IMG/VR virus record: IMGVR_UViG_3300036861_000067
Span: 1-55,469 of that record
Length of the DNA: 55,469 nt
Reading direction: 5' to 3' (one strand)
From: a virus
Taxonomy: Duplodnaviria > Caudoviricetes
The notes under the pieces: generated by a model
What the model was told of the DNA's origin: nothing
What the model saw: the letters and a program-made list of their open reading frames with translations, nothing else
Database searches by the model: none
Shown here: positions 1 through 10,951 of the stretch, one piece after another
Layout of the letters: each line of letters starts with the position of its first letter
Position numbering within the stretch: position 1 is the first letter of the stretch
Position numbers and translations under genes: made by a program

Positions 1-163
1 GACTTAGGCACCAAAGGTGTAGTGGGTGGGGCAATCAATACGATTTCCGAAGCGGTGACAACGGCAACGATTGGCCTGTCTTATACCGCCCAATGGAAAT
101 CCACCAAACTTGCTTATGCCCAGCCGGGTGAATCCTTGTCGCTGACCCATCCTAAGCGGGTTG
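1..163. repeat. Terminal direct repeat (left copy) of 55307-55469; circular assembly overlap
   Basis: 163 bp identical to the window end except A37 vs G55343. Confidence 0.97.
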
Positions 164-426
164 TCCAGGTTGGTTTCGTATTGGCCGACGCCTACGCGCA
201 GAGTTTGAAGTTTGGCCCTGATTTCACCACTTTGGATGATTTGCCACTTTATGAGCAGGATTTGGCGATAGTGGTCAGTACCGTAGATACAGCATACGAT
301 GAAAAGCTGATTGAGTTCCCCGGTGAGTGGAGCAGCGATTCTCGCGTTTGCCTACAAGCCGCTAGCCCGCGCCCGGTTACGGTATTGGCCGCTGTGTTGT
401 CCTATGACACAAATGAAAAATCATGA
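1..426 (+). CDS. C-terminal part of tail tubular protein B (continues the gene starting at 53060 across the junction)
   Basis: In frame with the open ORF at 53060 through the repeat; ends in QAASPRPVTVLA, typical of this family's C-terminus. Confidence 0.85.
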   Translation, partial: DLGTKGVVGGAINTISEAVTTATIGLSYTAQWKSTKLAYAQPGESLSLTHPKRVVQVGFVLADAYAQSLKFGPDFTTLDDLPLYEQDLAIVVSTVDTAYDEKLIEFPGEWSSDSRVCLQAASPRPVTVLAAVLSYDTNEKS

Positions 427-776
427 AGATCGTACCGGCAACCGAAGGACTGATTCGGGAATATTACGGCGACGAGCCAATACCAACTATGCGAGCCTGG
501 GTAGTCCTGGATGGTGAGAAACCGGTAGCGGTTGGTGGATTCGTCAGGATAAGCCAGAAGGTGATGGCTGTGTTTTCAGAATCCAAAGAGGGTGAGCGGG
601 AACAGCATAAGTTGACGGCTTTGAAATTTGCCAAGACGCTGATGAAGATTGCTGACGAACATGATTGGACTTTGGTGGCTGACCCAGCATGTGATATTGA
701 AACGGCTACCAAGTTCTTAGCCCACTTGGGATTTGAACCGAATGAGAATGGAGTGTACGTAAGATGGGCGGATTAA
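423..776 (+). CDS. GNAT-fold virion assembly protein (T7 gp13-like)
   Basis: Position after tubular B; KFLAHLGF motif near the C-terminus. Confidence 0.6.
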   Translation: MKIVPATEGLIREYYGDEPIPTMRAWVVLDGEKPVAVGGFVRISQKVMAVFSESKEGEREQHKLTALKFAKTLMKIADEHDWTLVADPACDIETATKFLAHLGFEPNENGVYVRWAD

Positions 777-1384
777 CATCCATAGGGCCGGCACTGCAAA
801 TAGGTGGTGCTATCGGAAGTGCTTTCGGCCAACGCTCTGCTGCGAAAGCGCAGCAAGCGCAGTTCAACGCTGCCGCGCAAAACGAGAGGGTAGCTTCCGA
901 GTTTGAAGCCAAGCAGGCCGACTATCTGGCGGGGCAAGCCAAAGCTGTTTCACAGATAGAAGGCTACCAGCAGCGCAAAGCCGCCGCTTTGCTTGCGTCC
1001 AAAGCCCTCGCCAATGCCGCAGGAAGCGGCGCAGGCACGTCCGACCCGACCGTGGTGGATCTGATTAGCGATATTTACGCCGAAGGCGCGTACCGGTCCG
1101 CGCTGGCCGCCTATGAGGGGGAAGAACAAGCCCGCAGCTACACCATCGCTGCGCAGGCCCGCCGCTTGGGTGGGCAAAGCGCCGCCGCTGCCAGAACCGC
1201 CGAAGGCGCGAATATCGCCCGCGCCGGTCAGATGTCCATGTTCTCCACTTTGTTGAAGGGGGGTTCATCTTTTCTGGACCGTTATGGTGAAACCTTCAGC
1301 AAAGCGCCCGCTCCGTCAGGTGGATCTGCTGTAACTGCGACTTATGGCGCTGGGCCATTCGCCGGGTATAACTTCGGGGGCTAA
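764..1384 (+). CDS. Internal virion/ejection protein (gp14-like)
   Basis: Gly/Ala-rich N-terminus, Ala/Gln-rich helical body, gene order. Confidence 0.6.
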   Translation: MGGLTSIGPALQIGGAIGSAFGQRSAAKAQQAQFNAAAQNERVASEFEAKQADYLAGQAKAVSQIEGYQQRKAAALLASKALANAAGSGAGTSDPTVVDLISDIYAEGAYRSALAAYEGEEQARSYTIAAQARRLGGQSAAAARTAEGANIARAGQMSMFSTLLKGGSSFLDRYGETFSKAPAPSGGSAVTATYGAGPFAGYNFGG

Positions 1385-1386
1385 CC

Positions 1387-3273
1387 ATGCCTAAGCTGCC
1401 AACTGTAGAACAATTAGGCCAAACACCAACACCATCAGTGCGCGGTGGCGTCACGCCTTTGAATCTGGCAACTCCGAACTTATCCCATGCCGCGCAAGCC
1501 GAAGCCGAGTTTGGCCAAGCCATGGCCGGTCTGGGCGATACCCTTGGTAAACTGGCGCAAAAAGAAAAGCTGAACCTGGACACATTGCGCAAGACGGAAG
1601 CAATCAACCAGTTGAAATCCGGTTACATGAAACTGCAAACCGGTGATCCAGAAACCGGGGCTGAAGGCTTTAGCCAAGTTCTGAATGGTGATGCAGTCAA
1701 GCGGCCATTGGTGGAAGAATACCGGCAGAAGCGCCAGGATTTGAAAGACAAGATTCGGGAAAGTCTTTCCAGCGAAGAACAGAAGATCCAGTTCGACCGG
1801 GAAGCTGTTGTAGAAGATCAAATGCATGACTCGCGTTTGTACCAGCACATTGCCCAGCAATCGGTGAATTACCGGAAAGTAAATTTTGAAGCCGCTAAGG
1901 AATTGGACCGTAACATCGCCGCGCTGAACTGGAATAAGCCTGGCGAAATCCAGATGGCGATCTTGCGCATGCAAGTGAACGTCAAGCATGAACTGCGAAT
2001 GGAAGGCTATGACGATGCCCGTCCACAGGACAGGAACACCATCGATGCGGTGCTGACCGCCGAGGAATCCAAGCTTCACGATGCGGTTATCCGCACCATG
2101 TTGATGAACGGCAGTGATGCTGCTGCGCTGAACTATTTCAAATCTATCGAGAACGAACCCGGAAGGTTGACGCCGGAAGCAAGATCGCAACTTGGAACGA
2201 TGGTGCATGCTTCATCTGTGGATGGTGAAGCTGCTGCTATCGCCAAAGAGATTTTCGACCGGCATGCCGGGACTGATGTCAACGCCGCTACCAATCTAGA
2301 ACTGTTAATGAATGAAGTGGATGCTTTGCCTGTTAGCCAACAGATCAAAGACAAAGCTAAAGCGAATTTGTCTCAAAGGGCGCATGTGCGCGACTACACC
2401 GCAGGGGAACTCAATAAGCAAAATGTAGCTACTCTATTGGGTAAGTTCGAGAAAGGTGTACCACTGGAACAACTCCAACGCGACCCGGCTTGGATGGCAC
2501 TGGCCGGCACTGGTGAACAAGCGGAATTAACCAAATACATGAATGATCGCGGCTATACCCTTCAGCAACGCGCTGCGCATGATGCCGAATATGAGGAAGG
2601 CTTGAAGTCACGGGCTGGCTTTAAAAAATATTGGGAACTGTCGAATCCTATGGTGTTGTCTGGTATGACCGAAGCACAGATCCTGGCGCTGGCGCCAACG
2701 CTGGGTCAGCGCCTGACTGGCAATTTGATGGAAATGAAACGTCGTGTTTCCACCGCTGACGGCAGACATGCGGTTCAACTGGATGCCGACATGTTCAATA
2801 TCTATGCAGCTAAAGCAGGACTAGATCCATATAAGACCAAGCAAAGCGCCGAATCGAAAGAGAAGCTAGGCCGGCTGCGCAACTTCGTTGAAGGCGTGAT
2901 CGATGTCAAACAGCGGATTCTGAAGCGTGAACTATATCGTGAAGAAAAAGAAGAACTGATGGAAAAAGAAATCAATCGTGTGGTGCAAACACCGACTTGG
3001 TTGTTTGGCCTGGCTGGCGGTAAGAAAGTGCCGGCTGCCACCGTCACGCCGGAAGATCGCTCCAAGTACATTGTCCGGTTTGAAAAAATCCCGCCTGACT
3101 GGACGTTGGCGTTTGCCAATAAGCTACGGTCTGAAGGGATAGTTCCGCAGAGATGGACTCCACAGCAAATCTATCGCGCCAAGAAAAGCGCCTTTGAGCA
3201 TGCCTATGTAATCGACCAGACAGGCGGCACCCTCAAAGAAGCCTTGGAAGCATTCGGAGCGCCCATCCGATGA
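1387..3273 (+). CDS. Internal virion/ejection protein (gp15-like)
   Basis: 628 aa, helical, MPKLP start, lies between the gp14-like and the large ejection gene. Confidence 0.6.
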   Translation: MPKLPTVEQLGQTPTPSVRGGVTPLNLATPNLSHAAQAEAEFGQAMAGLGDTLGKLAQKEKLNLDTLRKTEAINQLKSGYMKLQTGDPETGAEGFSQVLNGDAVKRPLVEEYRQKRQDLKDKIRESLSSEEQKIQFDREAVVEDQMHDSRLYQHIAQQSVNYRKVNFEAAKELDRNIAALNWNKPGEIQMAILRMQVNVKHELRMEGYDDARPQDRNTIDAVLTAEESKLHDAVIRTMLMNGSDAAALNYFKSIENEPGRLTPEARSQLGTMVHASSVDGEAAAIAKEIFDRHAGTDVNAATNLELLMNEVDALPVSQQIKDKAKANLSQRAHVRDYTAGELNKQNVATLLGKFEKGVPLEQLQRDPAWMALAGTGEQAELTKYMNDRGYTLQQRAAHDAEYEEGLKSRAGFKKYWELSNPMVLSGMTEAQILALAPTLGQRLTGNLMEMKRRVSTADGRHAVQLDADMFNIYAAKAGLDPYKTKQSAESKEKLGRLRNFVEGVIDVKQRILKRELYREEKEELMEKEINRVVQTPTWLFGLAGGKKVPAATVTPEDRSKYIVRFEKIPPDWTLAFANKLRSEGIVPQRWTPQQIYRAKKSAFEHAYVIDQTGGTLKEALEAFGAPIR

Positions 3274-6200
3274 CGCCCCTAGAATTCTTTATTTCCAAAG
3301 GCTGGAGCAACGAACAAGCCCAAGGGATTGTGGCCAACCTGTCGCGTGAATCCGCATTTAATCACAATGCGGTGGGTGACAACGGCCAAGCTTATGGCCT
3401 TGCCCAATGGCACCATGACCGCCAAGCTAATTTTCAGAAAGTCTTTAATAAAAGTATTCGCCAATCCAGTTTTGAAGAACAATTGGCATTCGTTCACCAT
3501 GAGCTGACTCAAGGTGCTGAACAAGCAGCCGGCAATCGCTTGAAGCAAGTCAAAACCGCTGCCGACGCTGAATCCGTGGTACGTCAATACTACGAGCGCC
3601 CAGCCAAGACAGCCGCTATCGCCGCCGCTGGCCGTGCCAGTGTGGATCTTTTCCAGAAGACAACAGCCAAGCCGCCCATCACCTTATTCGGTGGTGAAGC
3701 CGCTGTTCGTCGTACCCAAGCCGGTGATTTGTTCCAAGGCAATGCCGGGCAAGATGCAGCATTGACCAATTCGGTCATGACCAAGAACGACAAGGCGGCG
3801 CGAATTCTGCAAATGCAGTTCAAGACCGGCCTGCCGACTTCGGTGATTGAGAGCAACCTGGATAAGATCGAACAGGAAACCAAACGTGCCGATTTCAATG
3901 TAGAGAAGTTCCGTGCGCAAAGTCCATTGCTGGCTGCTTGGTTGGCCAAGAATCCCATGCATGGCGCGGTGGCTCAAGATGACTATCACAGCCTGACAGC
4001 CTTGGAGCAATTGTGGGCCACAGCCAAAGCTCTGCCGCAAGGGATAACCGAAGCGGCTAAAGGACTTCAACTATCTTACCTGGACTATGAAGCCGCAGCC
4101 GGCACCATCTCACCGCAACAGGATTTGGAACGCAAACGGTTGGCCAGTGAAGTAGAATCCACGTCGATGCAGAACATGGAAGGTGCGCCATCATGGACCA
4201 AGGCGCTGGGTTTGCTCGTAGGGCAACTTGCACCAATGGGGGCTGAAGCTGTCAAGCAAGGCGCTGAGAAAGGCATAGCATTAGGTGCGCCGGCTGGGAT
4301 GGCGATGGGTGCGCTATATGGCGGTACTGCCGGTTCGATTATTCCTGGCGCTGGTACGCTGGTAGGTGTGGAAGCAGGCGCACTTGCCGGTGGCGTTTTC
4401 GGTGGCGTGCAAGGTATGCGTACTGTCGCCACGGCTTCTTTTGCCGAGCAAACCTATCGGCAAGCGGTGGGTAATGCCTACCGCCAATTTGAAGGAATCA
4501 AAGATGCGGATGGCAATCCTATCGACCCTACTGCTGCAAGAATGGCTGCAATCATGGTGGGCATTCCAAATACTGCTATTCAATTCGCAAGCCTATCTAA
4601 AATCCTTAAAGCGGTCCCTGGTGGGGAAAAGCTAATCGGCGTGCTCCCTAAAGACGCGATGGCGAAAGTCCTGGCGCGTCCTTCAGTCATGGCCGCCGTC
4701 AAGGGTTTCAGCAAGCGATATGCTGGCGCAGTTGGGTCTGTCGCCTTCATGACCGGACTTCAGCAAATGGTGAATATCATCGGGCGAGAAGTCGCCACTG
4801 GTGATGTCGGCGCTGGTGTCACCCGGCAGGATTGGCAATCTATTGTTGAATCGGCGGTTATAGGCGCAAAAGGTGTGGCCATGTTGGGTGGGGCTGTTTC
4901 CGCACCCAAAGTGATAGAGCTGTACCACGATATGAACAAGGCCGCCAAGACCGAGCAATTCATGAAGGATCTTGGCAATATCACTTCCGAATCCAAAGTC
5001 TACAAGGAATCGCCACAGGCTCTGCGCGATTACGTAGATCATCTAAAGGAGAGCGGGCCAGTCAAGGATGTGTTCATCTCGGTGGATAAGTGGGATGCGT
5101 TATTCCAAGACCAAGCGCCGGACGCCGCCAAGGAAGTATTCGGCAATCTGGACCAATATCTAGAGGCCAAGACGATTGGCGGGCCTGACGGCCACGGTGA
5201 TCTGGTAGTCCCGATTGGGTTGTACGCCGAGAAATTGGCCGGCACCAAATTCCATGAAGCCTTGATTGGTGACACCCGGTTGGGGCCGAATGAGCTGACG
5301 CCAAACGAAGCGCGAGCAATAGCCCGCAGCGAACCTGAAATCGTAGAGGCACTTAAAAAAGAAATGGCAGAAACGGATGCCAAGAACCAGCCACTGCTAA
5401 CTATCTATGGTGACGTTTACCAAAAGGCGTTGATGGCTGGCCGGAATGCTTTTGAGGCAAACCGTGAAGCTGGCGCTTACGTTTCGCGGCTTGTGTCCCG
5501 CGCTTCCCGCCTGAACATGGACCCGCTGGCACTATACAACGAACAACCGTTGACCTTGAGGGAAGGGCTGCCGCCTGAAGCGCAGGACGCACTGCAGAAG
5601 TACAACCAGCAATTGGTGGAACCCGCCGTCCCAACGCCGCAGCGCCTGCCACTGCCTGGGGGCAAGATCAAATTACCCAAGGCCACGCCGATTGAGACAA
5701 AGACCGCCGTTGATGCCCTGGCCGCCGCCCAAGCCAGTGAACAGGATTTCGGCGTCTTTGGTGCCACCATCCACCCGACTAAGGGCAACTTGTCCGGCCA
5801 AGAAGGTGTGGCCGTAGCCGGTTATCCGCAGCGTGGTGTCGTGACCGATGGCGCACCTACGGCGCGAGACATTGAAGTATTCATGCGCCGGAACCGTGAC
5901 ATCTTCAAGGCCGACAAGAACGCGGCGCTGGGGCTATGGGTTGATAGCGATACCGGCAAAGGCTACATCGACATCACCAATGTCCTGCCACGTGAACAAG
6001 CCGTGGCTCAGGGCGAATCCTTGGGTGAACTGGCCGTTTGGGATTTGGGCAAAGGTGAAGAAATCCGCCTGCCTACACAGAAGGAAGTTGGCCAGCAAGT
6101 GTTGTTCCAAGGCGAGCGTGGCGCTTCCATCCCCGGCAAGAACCTGATTGCTTTCCTGAAGGATTCGGACCCGACCACGTTTGTCCACGAAGCCAGTCAC

Positions 6201-9200
6201 CTTTGGCTGGAAGAACTGCGCCAGGATGCAATGCGCCGGGATGCACCAGAGCAATTGAAGGCCGATTGGGAAACCGCCAAGAAAGCAATTGGTGCCACCG
6301 ATTTGCAGATCCCGCTTGAAGCCCACGAGAAATTTGCCCGGATGGGCGAAGCCTATGTAATGAAGGGTGAAGCCCCGTCGCTGGGTCTAAGGGAAATCTT
6401 CGCCCAATGGAAAGAGTGGTTCATCAGGGTTTACAAGAATGCCGACATCCTTGGTGTGGAAATCTCGCCAGAAATGCGCGATGTGATGGACCGGTTGTGG
6501 GCCAGCGATGAAGCGATCAAAGCAGCACGCGAACGCAACACCTACGATGTGCTGCTGCTCAAGCGTGAGGATATGACTGAAGCCGAATGGAAGACTTACA
6601 CCGACATGATCGCTGAAGCCAAGGCCAAAGCAGAGGACACCTTCCGCGTCAAAGTCATGAAGGAATTACGCGCCGAGCGGCTGGAAGAATGGCGCAAGGA
6701 AAAGCGGACGCTCGAGAAATCAGTGCGTGCTGAAATCCTGGAGAACCCCATTTATCAGGCCGCCTATTTCCTGTGGGCCGGGCTGAAATCCGATGGCACC
6801 AAGATTGAAGGCTTGGCATCCACCAAACTGGATAAGCAAACTCTGCTGGACATGGGCGTGAATCTCAAAGACCTGCCATTCCGTTATACCGAAAACGGGT
6901 TGCATCCTGACGTGGTGGCACAGATGTTTGGGCTTCCATCTGGTGAAGCCCTGGTAAGGGAATTGATTGGCCTGCCTTCTCTGAAAAAAGCCATCGACGA
7001 AGAAGTCAAATATCGGATGCGCGAATCCCATGGCGATCTGATGCTTGACCCAAACTTCGAGGACAAGGTTGGCATGGAAGTACAGAATACCCGGCAGATC
7101 GACGTGTTCAATTTCGAGATGCGTATCCTCAAACGCATGGGTGCGAGAAAAGAAACCACTCACCCGGCAATCGTTAAGGACATCGCACGCCAGATCATTG
7201 GCCGGAAAAAGATAAGCGAACTGAATCCCAAGGTTTATGAGGCTGCCGCGCTGAAAGCGGCGCAGGAAGCCGACGACGCCATGTTGGGGCAGGAGTTCCG
7301 CGCCGGCACTGGACGCAACCTGGATAAAGCCCTGGATGCCAAAGCCCGCCAGATGCTGAACATCTATCTCTACCGGGAAGCGGTTGAAGCGCGGGAGACA
7401 GTGGACTCATGGACCAAAGTAACTAGGAAATTCCTGTCACGCTCTGACGAACGGCTGGCCCGCACCCGCAACATGGATATGGTCAACGCCGCCCGCGCTA
7501 TCGCATCAGTACATGGGATGGGTGTGGGTGGTGAGGCCGCCGCTGATGTGCATATGCGGGCACTGGCTGACTATGACCCGCAAACTTACATGGACATGAA
7601 AGACATCGTAGAGCTGGCATCTGCCGATGGCCGCACCATCGAAGACATGAGTTACGACGATTTCAAAACGGTGCAGGCTGCAATCGATGGATTATGGCAT
7701 TTGGCGGCACGCTCCAAGCAATCTGACATCGACGGCAAGATGATTGCTCGCAGCCAAATCGTTGGTGATCTGAACGGCATCACCAGTTCGTTGATTCCGC
7801 CAGGGTTCAAACGCGCCGGTTATGAGCGCAGGGCAACCAAGTGGGAAAAAACCAAACGGGATTTGCTTGGGGCTGGTGCCTTTATGCGCCGTATTGAGTT
7901 TTGGGTGGATGCGATGGATAGTGGCGACCCGCATGGATTCTTCCGCAAGTACATCTGGAACCCAATCAGTTTTGCTGCCGACATGTTCCGTGACCAGCGC
8001 CGGATCTACTTGGAAAAATATTTGGAATTGGTCAAATCCATTCCAAAAGATGTATTCGCACCAGGGAAAATCGATGCGGTGAAGGATCTGAATTATACCT
8101 TTGATGACAAGGTGCATTTGCTTGGTGCGATGATGCACATGGGTAACGATTCCAATCGTGCCAAATTCTTGATTCCAAAGGGTTGGGCTACCTTCGATGC
8201 CGAAGGCAATCTGGACACCAGCCGTTGGGATGCTTTCGTCAAACGAATGGAAGATGAGGGGGTAGTTACCAAAGCCGATTACGACTACATGCAGGCGGTA
8301 GGTGATCTGTTCGAGGAACTGAAGCCGGAAGCCTGGAAAACGCACAAGGAAATCTATGGCTTTTACCCGGATGAAGTCACCCGCCGCCCGTTCAAGACGC
8401 AATTTGGTGATTACGCTGGCTGGTATTACCCGGCGCTCGCTGATCCTTTCATGGTGGAGGATGCAGCAATCCACCAGGAAAAAGAAGCCATGGAGAGTAA
8501 GCCAAGTAGTTTCATCTTCCCGACTACCGGGCGCGGTTCATTACGAAATCGGAACGAGAACTATCGCACCCATCTTACGATGGACCTGGGGCTTATCCCC
8601 CAGCACATTGAAAAAGTCTTGCGCTTCACCCACATGGAGAAATATGTGAAGGATGTGGGCAGGATTATAACCGACAAGAATTTCAGGGAAGTACTTGCTA
8701 ACTTCGATTCAGAAATTGCCCAGGTGGCTTTGGTCCCTTGGCTGCAAAGATCCGCATTGCAACAGGTGGAACAACCGAGTGGACCGAGACTGCAAAACTA
8801 CGATCAATATGTGCATGCCTTGCGCACCAACGTTGCCATGAACAGCATGGTGTTTAATGCATCGGTGGCGCTTCAGCAATTGACGGGTATTTTCCAAGCA
8901 TCGACCAAAGTAGAATGGCGTTATCTGGCCGGCGCTCTGGTGCGTTACGTTACGTCACCAGGACAATACGCCAACGCGATTGCGGAAGATTCTTCTTTCA
9001 TGCGGAACCGGTCACACACAGTATTGTTCGAGATGCAGCGTAACATCGACAACATCATGCTGAATCCTTCGCGCTTCGATAAGGGTAAGGCCTTCATGCG
9101 TGAGCATGGCTACATCTTGACTTCAGCTATACAAAACATGGTGGATCATGTTGTATGGGGTGGCGCTTACGAGAAAGCTACACGAGAAGGCTATGGCGAA

Positions 9201-9905
9201 GTGGATGCGCGGCGAATCGCTGACAGCGCAGTGCGTGAAACCCAAGGCAGTTTCAATGCCGAGGATATTTCCCGGCTGGAAGCTGGCAACGCTTTCTCGC
9301 GACTATTCACTATGTTCTATTCCTACTTCAATATGTCGGCCAACCTGAATGCCACTGAGTTCATCAAGGCTCGCCGTCAAGGTGGCTTTGCCGGCGCCAG
9401 CCGCGCCCTATACGTCTACGCCTTCGGCTTCGCTATTCCGAATATCATTGCGGAAGCTATCTCTCAGGGAGTGAGCGGCGATCTGTGGGACGACAAAGAT
9501 GATGACGGTTATCTTGACACCATGGGTTCCATTTTCTTCGGTAGCCAAGTAAAAGGGCTGACCGCCATGGTTCCCGGCGCAGGCCAAGTCATTCAAGTCA
9601 TGGTGAATCGATTCGACGACAAGTGGTATAACGATCATATCAGCACGTCACCCGCAGTAAATGCCATCGAAGCGGCTGGCAGAGTTCCATATGACGCCTA
9701 CAAGATCGCTACCGAAGATGAGGTAGCCATGCGTGGTCCCATCCACGATGCTTTGACCTTGATCGGCCTGGTGTCCGGGGTGCCGGTCGGTCCGTTGGCT
9801 AAACCGCTGGGCTATATTGCTAACAGACAACAAGGCGAATATGAAGAACCTGAAAACGCCCTTGAGACTACACGCGGTCTAATTAGTGGAAGGGCTTCAC
9901 GATGA
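3270..9905 (+). CDS. Large internal virion/DNA ejection protein with N-terminal phage-tail lysozyme domain and HExxH motif
   Basis: 2211 aa; GIVANLSRES...AYGLAQW...YERP lysozyme signature; FVHEASH motif. Confidence 0.75.
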   Translation: MTPLEFFISKGWSNEQAQGIVANLSRESAFNHNAVGDNGQAYGLAQWHHDRQANFQKVFNKSIRQSSFEEQLAFVHHELTQGAEQAAGNRLKQVKTAADAESVVRQYYERPAKTAAIAAAGRASVDLFQKTTAKPPITLFGGEAAVRRTQAGDLFQGNAGQDAALTNSVMTKNDKAARILQMQFKTGLPTSVIESNLDKIEQETKRADFNVEKFRAQSPLLAAWLAKNPMHGAVAQDDYHSLTALEQLWATAKALPQGITEAAKGLQLSYLDYEAAAGTISPQQDLERKRLASEVESTSMQNMEGAPSWTKALGLLVGQLAPMGAEAVKQGAEKGIALGAPAGMAMGALYGGTAGSIIPGAGTLVGVEAGALAGGVFGGVQGMRTVATASFAEQTYRQAVGNAYRQFEGIKDADGNPIDPTAARMAAIMVGIPNTAIQFASLSKILKAVPGGEKLIGVLPKDAMAKVLARPSVMAAVKGFSKRYAGAVGSVAFMTGLQQMVNIIGREVATGDVGAGVTRQDWQSIVESAVIGAKGVAMLGGAVSAPKVIELYHDMNKAAKTEQFMKDLGNITSESKVYKESPQALRDYVDHLKESGPVKDVFISVDKWDALFQDQAPDAAKEVFGNLDQYLEAKTIGGPDGHGDLVVPIGLYAEKLAGTKFHEALIGDTRLGPNELTPNEARAIARSEPEIVEALKKEMAETDAKNQPLLTIYGDVYQKALMAGRNAFEANREAGAYVSRLVSRASRLNMDPLALYNEQPLTLREGLPPEAQDALQKYNQQLVEPAVPTPQRLPLPGGKIKLPKATPIETKTAVDALAAAQASEQDFGVFGATIHPTKGNLSGQEGVAVAGYPQRGVVTDGAPTARDIEVFMRRNRDIFKADKNAALGLWVDSDTGKGYIDITNVLPREQAVAQGESLGELAVWDLGKGEEIRLPTQKEVGQQVLFQGERGASIPGKNLIAFLKDSDPTTFVHEASHLWLEELRQDAMRRDAPEQLKADWETAKKAIGATDLQIPLEAHEKFARMGEAYVMKGEAPSLGLREIFAQWKEWFIRVYKNADILGVEISPEMRDVMDRLWASDEAIKAARERNTYDVLLLKREDMTEAEWKTYTDMIAEAKAKAEDTFRVKVMKELRAERLEEWRKEKRTLEKSVRAEILENPIYQAAYFLWAGLKSDGTKIEGLASTKLDKQTLLDMGVNLKDLPFRYTENGLHPDVVAQMFGLPSGEALVRELIGLPSLKKAIDEEVKYRMRESHGDLMLDPNFEDKVGMEVQNTRQIDVFNFEMRILKRMGARKETTHPAIVKDIARQIIGRKKISELNPKVYEAAALKAAQEADDAMLGQEFRAGTGRNLDKALDAKARQMLNIYLYREAVEARETVDSWTKVTRKFLSRSDERLARTRNMDMVNAARAIASVHGMGVGGEAAADVHMRALADYDPQTYMDMKDIVELASADGRTIEDMSYDDFKTVQAAIDGLWHLAARSKQSDIDGKMIARSQIVGDLNGITSSLIPPGFKRAGYERRATKWEKTKRDLLGAGAFMRRIEFWVDAMDSGDPHGFFRKYIWNPISFAADMFRDQRRIYLEKYLELVKSIPKDVFAPGKIDAVKDLNYTFDDKVHLLGAMMHMGNDSNRAKFLIPKGWATFDAEGNLDTSRWDAFVKRMEDEGVVTKADYDYMQAVGDLFEELKPEAWKTHKEIYGFYPDEVTRRPFKTQFGDYAGWYYPALADPFMVEDAAIHQEKEAMESKPSSFIFPTTGRGSLRNRNENYRTHLTMDLGLIPQHIEKVLRFTHMEKYVKDVGRIITDKNFREVLANFDSEIAQVALVPWLQRSALQQVEQPSGPRLQNYDQYVHALRTNVAMNSMVFNASVALQQLTGIFQASTKVEWRYLAGALVRYVTSPGQYANAIAEDSSFMRNRSHTVLFEMQRNIDNIMLNPSRFDKGKAFMREHGYILTSAIQNMVDHVVWGGAYEKATREGYGEVDARRIADSAVRETQGSFNAEDISRLEAGNAFSRLFTMFYSYFNMSANLNATEFIKARRQGGFAGASRALYVYAFGFAIPNIIAEAISQGVSGDLWDDKDDDGYLDTMGSIFFGSQVKGLTAMVPGAGQVIQVMVNRFDDKWYNDHISTSPAVNAIEAAGRVPYDAYKIATEDEVAMRGPIHDALTLIGLVSGVPVGPLAKPLGYIANRQQGEYEEPENALETTRGLISGRASR

Positions 9906-10486
9906 ACCCAAAACTCAGGGCACTTGAACGGTCACTATCTTTGGTGACGCAACAGGAAGCTCTAGGCACCAAGCTAGGGAACACATCCATCAAAGGCGCT
10001 TTGGAAATCTTGATAGATACGGTACACAGCGCCGACGAAGCCGTTGCTGAACGAGATGCTGCCAAAGCCGAAGCCGCTGAATTGAAAAAAGCCTTCACCA
10101 CTTTGCAGCAACAGGTGCTTTCCGGCAAAGACGAGATGATGGCTAAATTAAAAGCTACCATGGATGAGTCCAAGAAAGAGGCGGCTGCCATGCAAGCCGA
10201 GCACATGGCTGAAGCGAAAGAAACTCAAGCTTTAGTTACTGCATTGGTTCAAGAACTGGCCGAGGGAAAGGCCAACATAGCGATTGCCGAAGCTAAGGTT
10301 GTCGCCGCCGAAAGGATGTGTGCAACCTATGAAAAACAAATGGCCAAGATGAAAATGCCAGTGGCCGCCGCACCAGCGAAACAGATGGTGATGCCGCAGC
10401 AAAAGGTTTTAAAAGATTTGAATGCCCATATTCAACGTGACGAGCTTGGGCGAATCGTCAACGTTTCTTATACGCCTGTATATTAA
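9902..10486 (+). CDS. Coiled-coil hypothetical protein
   Basis: ATGA overlap with the upstream gene; A/E/K-rich heptads. Confidence 0.6.
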   Translation: MNPKLRALERSLSLVTQQEALGTKLGNTSIKGALEILIDTVHSADEAVAERDAAKAEAAELKKAFTTLQQQVLSGKDEMMAKLKATMDESKKEAAAMQAEHMAEAKETQALVTALVQELAEGKANIAIAEAKVVAAERMCATYEKQMAKMKMPVAAAPAKQMVMPQQKVLKDLNAHIQRDELGRIVNVSYTPVY

Positions 10487-10498
10487 GGAGCTAGAACC

Positions 10499-10939
10499 AT
10501 GGCCGGTTTTTCCGACACATTTGAAAGCGATCTGTGCAAGCTGATTTTCAACGCAACGGCAATCAGCAACGTGGCCGACAATGCGGCCACGGCGCCTTTG
10601 ACTAACCTGTGGGTTTCCCTGCACACTGCCGACCCTGGTGACACCGGCACGCAAGGCACCAACGAAGGGGGCTATACCGCTTACACCCGCATCAGCGTGG
10701 CGCGAACCACTGCCGGCTGGACGGTGACTGGCGTAACGACCGTAAGCCCGGTGGCCAACATCGACTTCCCGCAAGTCGCCACTACGTCTACTGGCACGTT
10801 CACCCACGCTGCTATTGGTGTGACTTCGGCTTCGACCGCAGGCAAGATCATCGCGGCTGGCACCATTAGCCCGAACATCAATTTCAGCCAGAACGTGACG
10901 CCACGCCTGACTACGGCTTCCAGCTTCACGCTTGATTAA
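10499..10939 (+). CDS. Small virion structural/tail-associated protein
   Basis: AAGGAG RBS; SLHTADPG...YTRISV motif common in phage tail-associated proteins; Thr-rich. Confidence 0.6.
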   Translation: MAGFSDTFESDLCKLIFNATAISNVADNAATAPLTNLWVSLHTADPGDTGTQGTNEGGYTAYTRISVARTTAGWTVTGVTTVSPVANIDFPQVATTSTGTFTHAAIGVTSASTAGKIIAAGTISPNINFSQNVTPRLTTASSFTLD

Positions 10940-10951
10940 TAGGGGGGCATC

